This document shows, one piece after another, positions 1 to 9,215 of a stretch of 64,000 bases of DNA (the first letter of the stretch is position 1; each line of letters opens with the position of its first letter). The notes under the pieces were generated by a model. That model did not search any database. It worked only from the letters and a program-made list of their open reading frames with translations, and was not told the DNA's origin. Where the stretch lies: the NCBI GenBank assembly GCA_040902555.1, contig JBBDXC010000013.1, positions 211,832-275,831 of the forward strand. The letters are read 5' to 3'. Source of the stretch: Dehalococcoidia bacterium. GTDB lineage: Bacteria; Chloroflexota; Dehalococcoidia; WHTO01. Both the position numbers and the translations under genes were made by a program.

Positions 1-53
1 GGGCGACGGCCTCAACGAGGCCGCCGGTGGTGTCGGTTGTGACTGTCAACTAT

Positions 54-392
54 CTACTCTTTAGGCTCTTTGGAAGGCGTCTGTCGCTCCGGTCGGTAAA
101 CGACGCTTTCGAGAACGAGAAGTTTAGGGTCCGGCCTGCCGCTGGCGCCCAAGGTGCCGTCAGGCCGTAGGTACTGGTGAACGACAGCTATTCGCTCACC
201 GGCTGAGTCAACGTACTCGAGAACCTGGCTGCGAGCGTCGCTTGTTTCGCCGGATTCCTCCGAAGGCCTTCCTTCATAAAGTAACCGTTCGAGCAACTCC
301 CCCGTTTCGACGCGCTGAAGAAACCCGCCTTCGTTGAACATGCGGCGGAGCTCGGCGGCCGCCACTGTCGCTCTGCTAGGCTCTATGCCCAT
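54..392 (-). CDS. hypothetical protein (about 112 aa; start placed at internal Met MGIEPS)
   Basis: Protein-like translation (ERIAVVHQYLRPDGTL...LLVLESVVYRPERQ). No recognisable motif. Start uncertain; overlaps the divergent neighbour by about 5 nt. Confidence 0.3.
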   Translation of the reverse strand: MGIEPSRATVAAAELRRMFNEGGFLQRVETGELLERLLYEGRPSEESGETSDARSQVLEYVDSAGERIAVVHQYLRPDGTLGASGRPDPKLLVLESVVYRPERQTPSKEPKE

Positions 393-630
393 GAAGGACA
401 GTTTCAGAGACGAACTGGCGCGAAGGCTAGCAAGCTTCGCTAAAGGCACGGCCAGTCTTGACCAGTTCCGGGACTGGTACGAGGAGGCCGTGTACGACGC
501 CGCGCTCCCGGCCGGAGACGACGGCTGGGAGATGCTGCTCTACCTCTCGGAGTTCGACCGCGGGCACCGGACCGAGGCGGAGCTGCGTAAGGCTGCGCGC
601 GCCCGCGCTAACGCCCTTTCGCCGGCCTAA
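388..630 (+). CDS. hypothetical protein (about 80 aa; start placed at MPMKDS)
   Basis: Protein-like translation (DSFRDELARRLASFAKGTASLDQFRDWYEEAVYDA...). No recognisable motif. Divergent from the previous ORF. Confidence 0.3.
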   Translation, partial: PMKDSFRDELARRLASFAKGTASLDQFRDWYEEAVYDAALPAGDDGWEMLLYLSEFDRGHRTEAELRKAARARANALSPA

Positions 631-769
631 CCGCACCAAAATTTGACGGACAAGTGCCTAAGATCCTCTGCTTCGCCAGCCGGTTCGACTACGACACTTG
701 CCCCTGGCAACGTTTAGTTCGGCAACAACACCTGGCCTCACACTTTGGCGGCCCGGCACAAGCCGCGCC

Positions 770-1630
770 CTACGCCGGGACGGCTTCGTATTCCTTGAGG
801 GCGGCTTCTACGTCGTCGATCACGAAGTCTGGGGTTGAAGCGCCGGCCGTCAGGCCGACGCGCCGGCGGCCACGGAACCACGCGGGGTCGAGGTCGGCCC
901 TCGTCTCGACGTGGTAGGTCTCCACGCCCTGCTCCCGGCAGACCTCAACCAGGTGGCGGGTATTGGCGCTTTCGTGGCCCCCGATCACCACCATCACCTC
1001 GACCTGTTGCGCCAGCTCCTCGGCGGCCGCCTGCTGCCCGCTGGTGGCATGGCAGAGGGTGTTGATTACCTGCAGGTCGGAGATGTCGTTGATGTGCTGC
1101 CGGAAGAGGGCGCTGACGAAGGCGGCGAAACGGTCGGGGTTGTGGGTTGTCTGTGAGAGGACGGCGACGCGCGAGGGCATCTCGTCCCAGGGCAGCGTGT
1201 CGATCTGGTCCTCGGTGATGGCGTAGCCCTTGCTGCCGGCCCACTGCAGGACCCCGCGAACCTCCTTATGGTTGGGGTCGCCGTAGATGACGATGGCGAA
1301 CCCCTCGTCGGCCAGCTTCTTCGCCCAGCGCTGGGAGCGCGTGACGATCGGGCAAGTGGTATCGATGATCTCCTTGCCGGTGGCCTGCAGCTGCTCAAGG
1401 ACCTTAGGCCCGACACCGTGGGCTGTGATCGCCACGCGGTCGCCGCTCAGCTCTTCAATTGAGTGGGCCATGTTGACGCCGTGGTCGGCCAGCTTGTCGA
1501 CGACCTGCTGGTTGTGGACGATCGAGCCGAGGCTGATGATCTGGCCCTTCTGGGCCTCGCCCTCCATCATCTCGACAGCCCGGCGGACACCCCAGCAGAA
1601 GCCCATGTCCTGGGCGCGGATAACCTGCAT
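770..1630 (-). CDS. ispH: 4-hydroxy-3-methylbut-2-enyl diphosphate reductase
   Basis: N-terminus MQVIRAQDMGFCWGVRRAVEM and overall IspH/LytB architecture with conserved Cys and TTCP motifs. 286 aa. Confidence 0.9.
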   Translation of the reverse strand: MQVIRAQDMGFCWGVRRAVEMMEGEAQKGQIISLGSIVHNQQVVDKLADHGVNMAHSIEELSGDRVAITAHGVGPKVLEQLQATGKEIIDTTCPIVTRSQRWAKKLADEGFAIVIYGDPNHKEVRGVLQWAGSKGYAITEDQIDTLPWDEMPSRVAVLSQTTHNPDRFAAFVSALFRQHINDISDLQVINTLCHATSGQQAAAEELAQQVEVMVVIGGHESANTRHLVEVCREQGVETYHVETRADLDPAWFRGRRRVGLTAGASTPDFVIDDVEAALKEYEAVPA

Positions 1631-2410
1631 TTAGCTGTCCTGCTCCTCTGTGGCCGAGGCGACGACCTCACCCCCGCTGCGGCTGGCCCTCTCCTTGTCA
1701 AGGAGAGGGAGAGAGGGAGTCGGGTCGTCAGCGCTGGGTGGGGTGGTTTGTGGAGGCACGTTTTCGGAGGCGTAGACGCCGCGATACTGCTCCGGAAGCA
1801 GCTCGGCGATCGCTCTCATGATAGCATCGGTGGCCTCTTCGAGAGTCTGCGCGGTCACCCTGGGCGGCCGCTCCAGGTAGAAGGGCTTGCCGTAGGTGAT
1901 GCTCAGCCGGGCGCGCGAAAACAGAGTCGCCTTCCAGCTCTTGAGCTCCTCGGTACCGGTGATTGCGGCAGGGACTATGGGGACGCCGGCGCGCAGGGCG
2001 ATGAAGGCGGTGCCCGGCCGGCCGTGCTGCAGCTTTCCCTCTTTGCTGCGCGTGCCCTCGGGAAACATGCCCAGGACCTCGCCATCCTTGAGCAGTTGGG
2101 TCGCCCGGCGGACCGCCGCCGTGTCCTTCTCCAGGCGCCTGATAGGAAAGACACCGTGCAGGCGCAGCAGCAGCCCGAAGCCGGGGAAGAACAGCTCCTC
2201 CTTGGCCATGAAGCGGATGCGCCGCTTGATCGACGTGCCAACGACCCCCGGATCGAAGTTGCTCAGGTGGTTGGCGACGACTATCGCGCCGCCGACGTCG
2301 GGCACGTTCTCCAGCCCCCGCACCTTCAGGCGGAAAAGCAGATAGCGCAGCGGCATGCCCAGGGTGAATTTCAGCACCGGGTGCATGAAGGGGACGAGGC
2401 GTTCGATCAT
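1631..2410 (-). CDS. plsC: 1-acyl-sn-glycerol-3-phosphate acyltransferase family protein
   Basis: HXXXXD acyltransferase motif (VANHLSNFD), FPEGTRS motif, PlsC-like length. Pro/Thr-rich C-terminal tail overlaps a repeat-element copy. Confidence 0.85.
   Translation of the reverse strand: MIERLVPFMHPVLKFTLGMPLRYLLFRLKVRGLENVPDVGGAIVVANHLSNFDPGVVGTSIKRRIRFMAKEELFFPGFGLLLRLHGVFPIRRLEKDTAAVRRATQLLKDGEVLGMFPEGTRSKEGKLQHGRPGTAFIALRAGVPIVPAAITGTEELKSWKATLFSRARLSITYGKPFYLERPPRVTAQTLEEATDAIMRAIAELLPEQYRGVYASENVPPQTTPPSADDPTPSLPLLDKERASRSGGEVVASATEEQDS
1687..1719. repeat. palindromic intergenic repeat family, degenerate copy embedded in the plsC 3' coding region
   Basis: ccctctccttgtcaaggagagggagagagggag matches the family core (CCCTCTCC-loop-GGAGAGGG + GAGAGGG). 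Encodes the PSLPLLDKER segment of the PlsC tail. Confidence 0.5.
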
Positions 2411-3069
2411 CCGCGCACCACCAGGCCGGCGACGGCCTCGACGACGTCTTCGATGCTCATGCCGTCAGTCTTGATCGTTTGGGCGCCCTCGGCTGCCACC
2501 AGGGGCGAGACGTTGCGTGAGCTGTCGACGCGGTCGCGCTCGCGCAGGGCCTCGGCGATCTCCTCAACCGTGCGCTCGTCGCCGCCGTCGTGGTTCTCCT
2601 CCCACCGCCTCCGCGCCCTCTCCTCGACCTCGGCGTCGAGATAGACCTTGAGGTCGGCCTCGGGCAGGACGACCGTGCCGATATCGCGGCCCACCATCAC
2701 GACGGGCCGCTCGCGCGCAATCTCCCGCTGCAGCGCCACCATCACCTCCCGCACGGCGGGGACGCTGGAGACGCGCGAGACGGCAGCGTCGACCTCGGCG
2801 CTACGCAGGAGCCCCGTCACGTCTTCGCCATCGACGAGGATGCGGGTACCTTCTTCGGCCGGGACGACCTCCAACCCGCAGGTGCGGGCAAGCTTGCCCA
2901 GGGCCGCCGCGTCGTCCAGGTCGACGCCGCCCCTCAGGGCCTGCAGGGTCACGGCGCGGTACATCTGGCCCGTATCGAGGAACAACGCGCCCAGCCGGCG
3001 GGCCAGGGCGGCGCCCACCGCTGTCTTGCCCGAGGCCACGGGGCCGTCGATGGCGATGGTCAGCGGCAA
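2407..3069 (-). CDS. cmk: cytidylate kinase
   Basis: N-terminal P-loop IAIDGPVASGKTAVGAALARRLG and Cmk-like length (220 aa). 4-nt overlap with plsC suggests an operon. Confidence 0.9.
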   Translation of the reverse strand: MPLTIAIDGPVASGKTAVGAALARRLGALFLDTGQMYRAVTLQALRGGVDLDDAAALGKLARTCGLEVVPAEEGTRILVDGEDVTGLLRSAEVDAAVSRVSSVPAVREVMVALQREIARERPVVMVGRDIGTVVLPEADLKVYLDAEVEERARRRWEENHDGGDERTVEEIAEALRERDRVDSSRNVSPLVAAEGAQTIKTDGMSIEDVVEAVAGLVVRG

Positions 3070-3120
3070 GGCACAAACCCGCCGCGAAGAGTTTTAGAGG
3101 GGGCTTCCCCTATCCTCTGC

Positions 3121-4020
3121 ATGGTGAATCGACCCCTCTCGTTGCCTTCGCGCATCGTCCTCATCATCGCCGCAGCCTATTGTTTCACGCTCTTCGTCGC
3201 GCTGCACGCGCGGGCGACGGACGCCTTCTACCAGTTCCTCTGGCCGATCGGCCCGCCGACGGCGGCCTTCGTAGGCGCCTGGTTCGGGGCGCTGGCCATA
3301 ACGCTGTTCTTTGCGGCGCTCTTTCCGGGCTGGGCGGAGGTGCGGGGCTTCCTCGTCGCCGCTATCGTCGCATCCGTCTTCCTCCTCGTGGCGCCGGCCG
3401 TGGACGACAGGTTCCGCGAGGACGACTTCGTCCTGGGCATCGTCTGGTACGCCGGCCTCGCCGGGATGCTGATAGTCTTTCCTGTCGTCTTCCTCTACCA
3501 GGAGCTTCTGGTGCCACCGCGCGAAACGGCTGAGCCGGCGGGCAACGCCTGGCTGAGGCGGGGGATGCTTGCCCTGGGCCTGGCGATCTGGGTGCTGGGG
3601 CTGTTGACGGCGGTGGCGCCGGGGATCATGCAGCCGCGCTGGTCCTGGCGCTGCCTCTTTCCGGGGCCCTGCGCCGAGGGGGTGGTCCTGCCCGAGCGGG
3701 ACATGATCGCTGTCGGCGCCGTGATGCTGGGGACGGGACTGGCGGTCGGTTGGGCGGCTGTGGAGGGGAGCCTGCGGGCTCTGACCCTGGTGGCCCTGTT
3801 CGCCTTCCTGGCCGCGACGATGTCGCTGTTCGGGCTGCTGCGCTACGGCGAGTACGTTGACGAAGGCTATTGGAGCACGATCGGCATCTTCGCCGCGCAG
3901 GGCCTGTTGATTGTCGTGGCGCTGGTGACGCTCGCCCTTTCAGCGAGGCAGGTCTTCCGGGCGGACAGCCGCTTGGTCGATGAGCCGCCTGCTGCCGAAG
4001 ATCAGACCTCGGCCGAGTAA
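3121..4020 (+). CDS. polytopic integral membrane protein, function unknown
   Basis: Internal ATG at 3121 (MVNRPLSLPS...) followed by about 8 hydrophobic helices. The ORF upstream of 3121 lies antisense to cmk and is not protein-like. Confidence 0.6.
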   Translation: MVNRPLSLPSRIVLIIAAAYCFTLFVALHARATDAFYQFLWPIGPPTAAFVGAWFGALAITLFFAALFPGWAEVRGFLVAAIVASVFLLVAPAVDDRFREDDFVLGIVWYAGLAGMLIVFPVVFLYQELLVPPRETAEPAGNAWLRRGMLALGLAIWVLGLLTAVAPGIMQPRWSWRCLFPGPCAEGVVLPERDMIAVGAVMLGTGLAVGWAAVEGSLRALTLVALFAFLAATMSLFGLLRYGEYVDEGYWSTIGIFAAQGLLIVVALVTLALSARQVFRADSRLVDEPPAAEDQTSAE

Positions 4021-4080
4021 GGCCCACCCCAGCCAAAATATCGAGGTGCGGGAACTTCCCCGGCGTCTGCTAGTGGAAGT

Positions 4081-4107
4081 CCCCTCTCCCCGCGCGTGGG
4101 AGAGGGG
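4081..4107. repeat. palindromic intergenic repeat family, truncated copy (hairpin core only)
   Basis: cccctctccccgcgcgtgggagagggg between convergent gene ends. Confidence 0.55.
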
Positions 4108-4170
4108 ACCGGCTGGCCCTCCAGGGAAGAGGGAATCCTTTCCCTCGGAGGGCGAATTACAACGCCCGGG

Positions 4171-5970
4171 TTAGACCGTAACGGCTGAGGCCTTCACGAA
4201 GGTGTAGCCGGCGGCCTGGATACCCTCCACCGTCTGCTTCAGGAAGCTGATGTCGAAGAAGGGGTGGAAGTAGAAGCTGGCCCAGGCGTCGCGCAGCACC
4301 CTGTTGCGCTGAGCATCAGCGATCAGGTGTTGCGGCAGGCGCTGCGGGAAGGGACCGGCCACGGGGTCGGGCCAGCGCTCCGGCTCGATGTTGTTCAGGT
4401 TCTCCGGCAGCAGGCGCTGGCCGTAGACATCCCGCTGGACGACGTAGGGGTAGAACTGCCCGCCGAAGCGCTCCGGCTCCCCCTCAGCCGTGACGCGAGT
4501 GTTGTCAGAGGTCGGCTGTGTCCGCTCCTGGCGGCGCCGCTCCTGCTCGATCTGCCCCGACCTGCCGGGGCGCGGCGCCGTCCGCTGCGAGGTGAACTCG
4601 CGCTCGAAATACAGGTTGCGGTGGTAGCTGAGCTTGAACTTGGACCCGATCGCCTTGTAGTCGATCGCCGAGGCCGCGTAGTGAGGCGCCTCAAAACCGA
4701 TGTAGGGCAGGCTCGCCCGGTCAAGCTCGCGCCGGCCGTTATCGAGGACCTGCCTGACCCAGGAATCAGAGTCCTCCCCCACGGGGCCGTGGAAGGTCAG
4801 GCTGTGGTCCGGATTCTCGGTGACCCTGAAGAACTCGAAGTCGTCGGCACTGACCGCGCTGTACGGGTTCGGGATGTTGCGATACTGGTGGGTCGTGCCG
4901 TGCATCACAAGCTCGCCGCCCTTTGTGCGCATGTACTTGAGGGCCTCTCTCACATCCTTGCCGTCGCGACTGGAAAGTCCGATAGTCTGCGCAACTCCGT
5001 CGTTGTAGTAGCCCGTGGGGTCCTTGTAGAAGGGGATGGTCGCCACCGCAAAGGGGACGTTCCGCGACCGCAGGTAGTTCGCGCAGGCTCGGAGCTGAGC
5101 GGGATCGGAGATAGCGCTGACATCCTCGAGGCGGACCAGTGCACGTTTCGTTGGCGTCCAGCTCTTGCCCAGGATGTCGAAGAGGACGTCGGCGAAGACG
5201 TTGTAGCGATCGTCCTCGGCGATGTAGGCGAAGGGGTGGTCGGCCACATACCAGAGGTTCTGGCCCTTGAGGATATAGGGGATCTCGCGGCCAGCGTCGT
5301 TCCGGGCCGTGGCGATAACGCGAGCCTTGGTCGCATCCGTGATCTGGGTGACGCCGACCTCGGAATCCAGTGTGCTTTTGGAGAAGGTTGCGCCCTTGTA
5401 GATAACCCGCGAAAACGTCGTCGGCGACTCGAGGCCGCGGAAGTTGAAGCCGAACTTCCGGGCGAACGGGGAGTCAGGGAAGCCTGTGTCGAGCTGCCAG
5501 ATGTTGTATTTGATGATGACGACCGGCTTCGTCGTCGTCATCAGGTCGTCCTTGAAAGCCTGCGGCAGCAGGTTGTCGTAGACATGCCCGATGTAGAAGG
5601 TGGCGTCAAAATTGGCCATGTCGCCGCGCTTGTAGTCGGAGATTTTCTTGCGCGCAGCGCCGATCCCGGTGGACCCGACCGGAAGGAAGCGGCCCAGCAG
5701 GTTGGTCAGCATCTTGGCATGCACGACGCCGATCCAGGCGAACTCGCCGACGCCGTCGTAAAGGATGAGGCTCTGGCCCGGCGCTGCCTCGGCCGATTCC
5801 GCCTCCATACCCAGCAGGTTGAGGTCGAATACCCCGCTGCCGATGCCCGCGGCTGCCAGTCCCACCGGCACAGTGGCGGCACCGGCGAGCTTGAAGAACT
5901 CGCGGCGTGAATAGCCGCGACACATCATTGCGCGCTGAGCTTCGAGTCTGCGATCTAGTTCCTTGGCCAT
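4171..5970 (-). CDS. TAT-exported DUF2334 polysaccharide-deacetylase-like protein (YdaL/PgaB-N-like)
   Basis: Twin-arginine signal SRREFFKLAGAATVPVGLAAA. Central region (LVRLEDVSAISDP...FAVATIPFYKDP...ELVMHGTTHQY) resembles the DUF2334 deacetylase-like fold. Translationally coupled (16-nt overlap) to the upstream GT2 synthase. Confidence 0.65.
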   Translation of the reverse strand: MAKELDRRLEAQRAMMCRGYSRREFFKLAGAATVPVGLAAAGIGSGVFDLNLLGMEAESAEAAPGQSLILYDGVGEFAWIGVVHAKMLTNLLGRFLPVGSTGIGAARKKISDYKRGDMANFDATFYIGHVYDNLLPQAFKDDLMTTTKPVVIIKYNIWQLDTGFPDSPFARKFGFNFRGLESPTTFSRVIYKGATFSKSTLDSEVGVTQITDATKARVIATARNDAGREIPYILKGQNLWYVADHPFAYIAEDDRYNVFADVLFDILGKSWTPTKRALVRLEDVSAISDPAQLRACANYLRSRNVPFAVATIPFYKDPTGYYNDGVAQTIGLSSRDGKDVREALKYMRTKGGELVMHGTTHQYRNIPNPYSAVSADDFEFFRVTENPDHSLTFHGPVGEDSDSWVRQVLDNGRRELDRASLPYIGFEAPHYAASAIDYKAIGSKFKLSYHRNLYFEREFTSQRTAPRPGRSGQIEQERRRQERTQPTSDNTRVTAEGEPERFGGQFYPYVVQRDVYGQRLLPENLNNIEPERWPDPVAGPFPQRLPQHLIADAQRNRVLRDAWASFYFHPFFDISFLKQTVEGIQAAGYTFVKASAVTV

Positions 5971-7664
5971 TCCATTAATCTCCTTGGTTCCGTATTTGAT
6001 GCGATCAGCGCGCGCAGGTCGCTGATGGTGAGAAAGCCGTTCTTTCCCTGGCTACCGGGGTTTATGCCGGGTGGTAGCTCTACGTCGATTTGGAATTCGT
6101 CAACCTGGAGCACCGCCGAGGCCCGCGGCGGGGCGATACCATTGGCGGCGAGCACCTCTTCCAGCCGGCGAAGGTGCGCCTCGCTGCGGGCCATCAGCAA
6201 GTGGCCGTCGAGACGAGTTGGTCCCGCAACGGGCGTTTCAAAAAACGTCGCGCCGGCGATACCTTCCCTTTCACTTCTCGGCAGAAAGTTCTCTGTCCGT
6301 AGTGGCAGGAGCTGCTGTGACTCGTGGAGCCAGCGAACTGACGTGTGTGTCGAGAGGTAGCGCTGCGGCCCCCTATCGGCCTTCGGGGCCTCGAGCAACA
6401 GGATGTCGGGCAGGGCGGTGCGAGTCGTCTTGGCCCAGCCGGCGCTCCGCTTGAACGTGTTCCACGTCGCGACCAGACCGGCCAAAAACCAGATATAGCC
6501 GCCAAGGACGTAGAGATGCGACAGGGCGAATGCGCGGCCCCAACCGGCCTGCCCATCCCGATGTAACGCGATGGCGCAGAGAGGAGCCGTGCCAAGCCCC
6601 AGCAGGTACCAGGCAGCCAGCGCGACGGGCCGCTGGTCGACGCTCACGAGATCGCCCGGCAACAGGGGCGAGACGATTCCCAGGAGAAACAGGCCGAGGG
6701 CGAAAATCGAGAAGAGGCCAAGAGGAATGGTGAGGATGGGCGCGATCAGGTAGTTGAGAATGTCGATTTTGCGCAACAGCGGCATGCGGCTGGTCACTAC
6801 AGCGCGAGCATGGCGCCAGCACGAGATGTGACCCTGGAACCAGCGTGCGCGCTGGCGCAGCAGACGCCGGAACGAGGAGACAGCCTGCTGGTGGACCCTG
6901 GTCGTGTGGCAGTAGTGGTTGACCCATCCGAGCACGGCCAGGCGCAGGCCTATGTCCAGGTCTTCGGTGAGGCAGTTCGTCCAAGGCTGGCCGCCGAGCG
7001 AGGTGAGGGCGGAGAGGCGGACGAACTGTCCATTGCCGCCGAGGCTGGCGCTACCCAGGGTCTCGTGGCCTCGCGAGAACACCCAATTGAAGGTCGTGAA
7101 CTCACACTGCTGCCAGAGGGTGATGGCGTTCTCGTCGCCATTCATCATGCGGACGCCGGTCTGCACACCGCTGGTCTTCGGGTCGCGGAAGTATGGAGAG
7201 ATCGCACTGAAGAGGTTGGATTCGACCTCGCAGTCAGCGTCCATGACGGTGAAAACGATGTTGTCCAACCCGTAAATCTCCGGGAGTTCCGACGTGAGGA
7301 TGGCGTGATAGGCGTGGTTGAGGACGGCCCCCTTGCCCTCGCGTGCTATCGGGAAGTGGCGGCTGGAGAGCCTGACTTTATCCGAAGCGAACGACTCGAC
7401 GACGGCCGCCGTGCGGTCATCGGAGGCGTCATCGACGATAAAAATCAGATAGTTGTCGCCGGGCAGGGTCAACAGATGCCTGATCGTGTTGGCGATCACC
7501 AGCTCTTCGTTGAGCGCGGGGATGACGAGGACGTAAAAGAGCTCGGGTGCAGTCCCCTCGCGTGGGGTGCGCGACCTCTCGGCGATGAGGTACGTCACGT
7601 AGCCCATCACGATCATGTAGAGGGGGACCGCAGCCAGGAGGGCAAACGTGCCTCCGAAACTCAT
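5955..7664 (-). CDS. membrane-embedded family-2 glycosyltransferase, processive polysaccharide synthase-like (PgaC/IcaA/BcsA-like) with C-terminal soluble extension
   Basis: N-terminal TM helix, GT2 motifs (VIPALNEE, FIVDDASDD, VMDADC, QCEFTTFNW, QRARWFQGH) then 4-5 TM helices and a roughly 140-aa C-terminal domain. Start placed at MSFGG (7664). A longer ORF to 7805 would overlap the upstream gene by 100 nt. Confidence 0.8.
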   Translation of the reverse strand: MSFGGTFALLAAVPLYMIVMGYVTYLIAERSRTPREGTAPELFYVLVIPALNEELVIANTIRHLLTLPGDNYLIFIVDDASDDRTAAVVESFASDKVRLSSRHFPIAREGKGAVLNHAYHAILTSELPEIYGLDNIVFTVMDADCEVESNLFSAISPYFRDPKTSGVQTGVRMMNGDENAITLWQQCEFTTFNWVFSRGHETLGSASLGGNGQFVRLSALTSLGGQPWTNCLTEDLDIGLRLAVLGWVNHYCHTTRVHQQAVSSFRRLLRQRARWFQGHISCWRHARAVVTSRMPLLRKIDILNYLIAPILTIPLGLFSIFALGLFLLGIVSPLLPGDLVSVDQRPVALAAWYLLGLGTAPLCAIALHRDGQAGWGRAFALSHLYVLGGYIWFLAGLVATWNTFKRSAGWAKTTRTALPDILLLEAPKADRGPQRYLSTHTSVRWLHESQQLLPLRTENFLPRSEREGIAGATFFETPVAGPTRLDGHLLMARSEAHLRRLEEVLAANGIAPPRASAVLQVDEFQIDVELPPGINPGSQGKNGFLTISDLRALIASNTEPRRLMEWPRN

Positions 7665-7704
7665 GGCTGGCGCCGGCAACGCCTGGTCGGTTTGAGGGGG
7701 ATCA

Positions 7705-8805
7705 CTAGATCTTCCGCCTCCGCATCCCCTTGAAGAACCCGGCGCCCTGGCTGGCGTCCACGCCCAGCCAGCGAACGAACTCGCGGACGGTTGCCTCGAA
7801 CTCACGCTCCAGGCGCTGCATTTCCTGGTAGCGCGCGTTGGCCTGGTTCAGCGAACCCGAGCTGGAGCTGCAGATCTGCGAAGCCTGGCTGTGTGCCTCA
7901 TCGCGGATGCGCTTGGCTTCAACCTCCGCCTGGCGCCGAACCTGGTCCATCTCAGAGCGCGCGCGGCCAATAAGCCCGTCGGCGTCGCGCTGCGCTCGTT
8001 GGAGGGCGAGCTGCGCCTCCGTGGCAGCCTGTGCCTTGATTCGCTGAGCCTCCTCGCCGGCACGACCGAGAATGTCGGCGGCATGCTGCTCCGTGGCCGC
8101 CATTTGCTCACGGACACGGGCGAGGGCGTCGAGGCGGATTTCTGACCCGCTCTCATAGGCTTCTTCCAGCACGACGCGAGCCCGGCGGTAGACGCGATCC
8201 AGCAGCATGTGAGCGTCAGCGCCACGCGCCAGGGCTCCAACCTCCGCCCCGATTGAGGGCGGAGCGGCGGCATCAACGGGCGATGCGGGCGCCTGCGCTC
8301 GAATCGTCTCGCGCAGGTCGCTGATGGCCTCGTCCACCGTGACTCCCCCATCGCCCCACCGCGCCAACGTTGAAGTCGTTGAACCGTTGCCATTCGGGTG
8401 ATTTGTAACGCCGTTGGAGCCGCTGCCACTGGCCCCGGGCTGAGCAACGCTAATGTCCCGGGCATCCAGCGGCCGTGTCATGGTCTGCAGGGAAGCAGCT
8501 GGAACAAGATGACCGTTGCCGTTGGCGTGTCCGTTGCCGTTGGCCTGTCCGTTGCCGCTGGCCTGTCCGTTGCCGTTGGCCTGTCCGTTGCCGTTGGCCG
8601 GGGGGCTAATCCTCGGATCGACTGGAAGCCAATGGGCGGGTGCGCGCTGCCTGCTTGCCTCGGTCTTGAGCGACTCGAGGCGACGCCGAGCAGAGCTGTC
8701 GCGGGGTTCGCCGCGGGCCACCTGTCGACGGTCGCTGGGCTCGGGCGGGCGTTCGATCGAGGGTAGCGGGGTCCAATAAAGGTTCTCTGGGTTTGATTGT
8801 TCCAC
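7705..8805 (-). CDS. coiled-coil protein with tandem Asn-Gly-rich hexapeptide repeats (DivIVA-like C-terminal coiled coil)
   Basis: Five NGNGQA/NGNGHA repeats mid-protein. C-terminal 150 aa is Ala/Glu/Arg/Gln-rich heptad-like (AQRIKAQAATEAQLALQRAQRDADGL...). No enzymatic motif. Confidence 0.55.
   Translation of the reverse strand: MEQSNPENLYWTPLPSIERPPEPSDRRQVARGEPRDSSARRRLESLKTEASRQRAPAHWLPVDPRISPPANGNGQANGNGQASGNGQANGNGHANGNGHLVPAASLQTMTRPLDARDISVAQPGASGSGSNGVTNHPNGNGSTTSTLARWGDGGVTVDEAISDLRETIRAQAPASPVDAAAPPSIGAEVGALARGADAHMLLDRVYRRARVVLEEAYESGSEIRLDALARVREQMAATEQHAADILGRAGEEAQRIKAQAATEAQLALQRAQRDADGLIGRARSEMDQVRRQAEVEAKRIRDEAHSQASQICSSSSGSLNQANARYQEMQRLEREFEATVREFVRWLGVDASQGAGFFKGMRRRKI
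8511..8598. repeat. 18-bp tandem DNA repeat (about 5 copies) inside the coiled-coil gene
   Basis: gttgccgttggcctgtcc repeated head-to-tail, encoding NGNGQA on the minus strand. Coding, not CRISPR. Confidence 0.8.
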
Positions 8806-9215
8806 GGGACTCTCCTGGGCATGGCGACAATCGCCAATTTTTGCGGGGGTTACCTGGCGAAGCCCTGGACTTGGCTTGGATTGCGACGCCCGGATGTGGT
8901 GCCTGGGAGAGTCGCGGAGCAGCCTTGCCCGATGTGGCTTCGAATGACCCGGCTCTGGGCCGGGTGATGGCTATCTGTACTGGTCTTTGACCAAGCTGCC
9001 CCCTACCAAGTACTAGTGGCAGCTGGGCCAGCAGATGCCTTACCTTATCGCAACGTGTTTGTTACGCCTCGGGCACGGTTATGGTGCTAGGGCGGGCGCG
9101 CCCTGTCAAGGTCTGGAGACCGGAACCAGGCGTTTACCCGAGATCGACCGGCCAGTTTTTACAAGCCGGGATGCAAGCGAGGGAACGCAGACAGGTGCCT
9201 GCGGCGCGGCCGGCC

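Noticed and set aside
334-449. Full-length versions of the two overlapping ORFs at the window start (54..449 and 334..630)
   Set aside because: They would overlap by 116 nt on opposite strands. Internal Met starts give a more plausible 5-nt divergent overlap, but neither gene has motif support.
1463-2644. 393-aa plus-strand ORF
   Set aside because: Antisense to plsC and cmk. Low-complexity Ala/Leu/Arg/Gly composition.
2590-3120. Upstream extension of the membrane-protein ORF
   Set aside because: Overlaps cmk on the opposite strand and is His/Asp/Gly-rich non-protein-like. Start moved to ATG 3121.
4264-5910. 548-aa plus-strand ORF
   Set aside because: Antisense to the DUF2334 gene. Arg/Val/Gly/Asp-rich, no domain features.
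8511-8598. 18-bp tandem repeats as a possible CRISPR array
   Set aside because: Repeats are head-to-tail with no spacers and lie inside a coding frame (NGNGQA).
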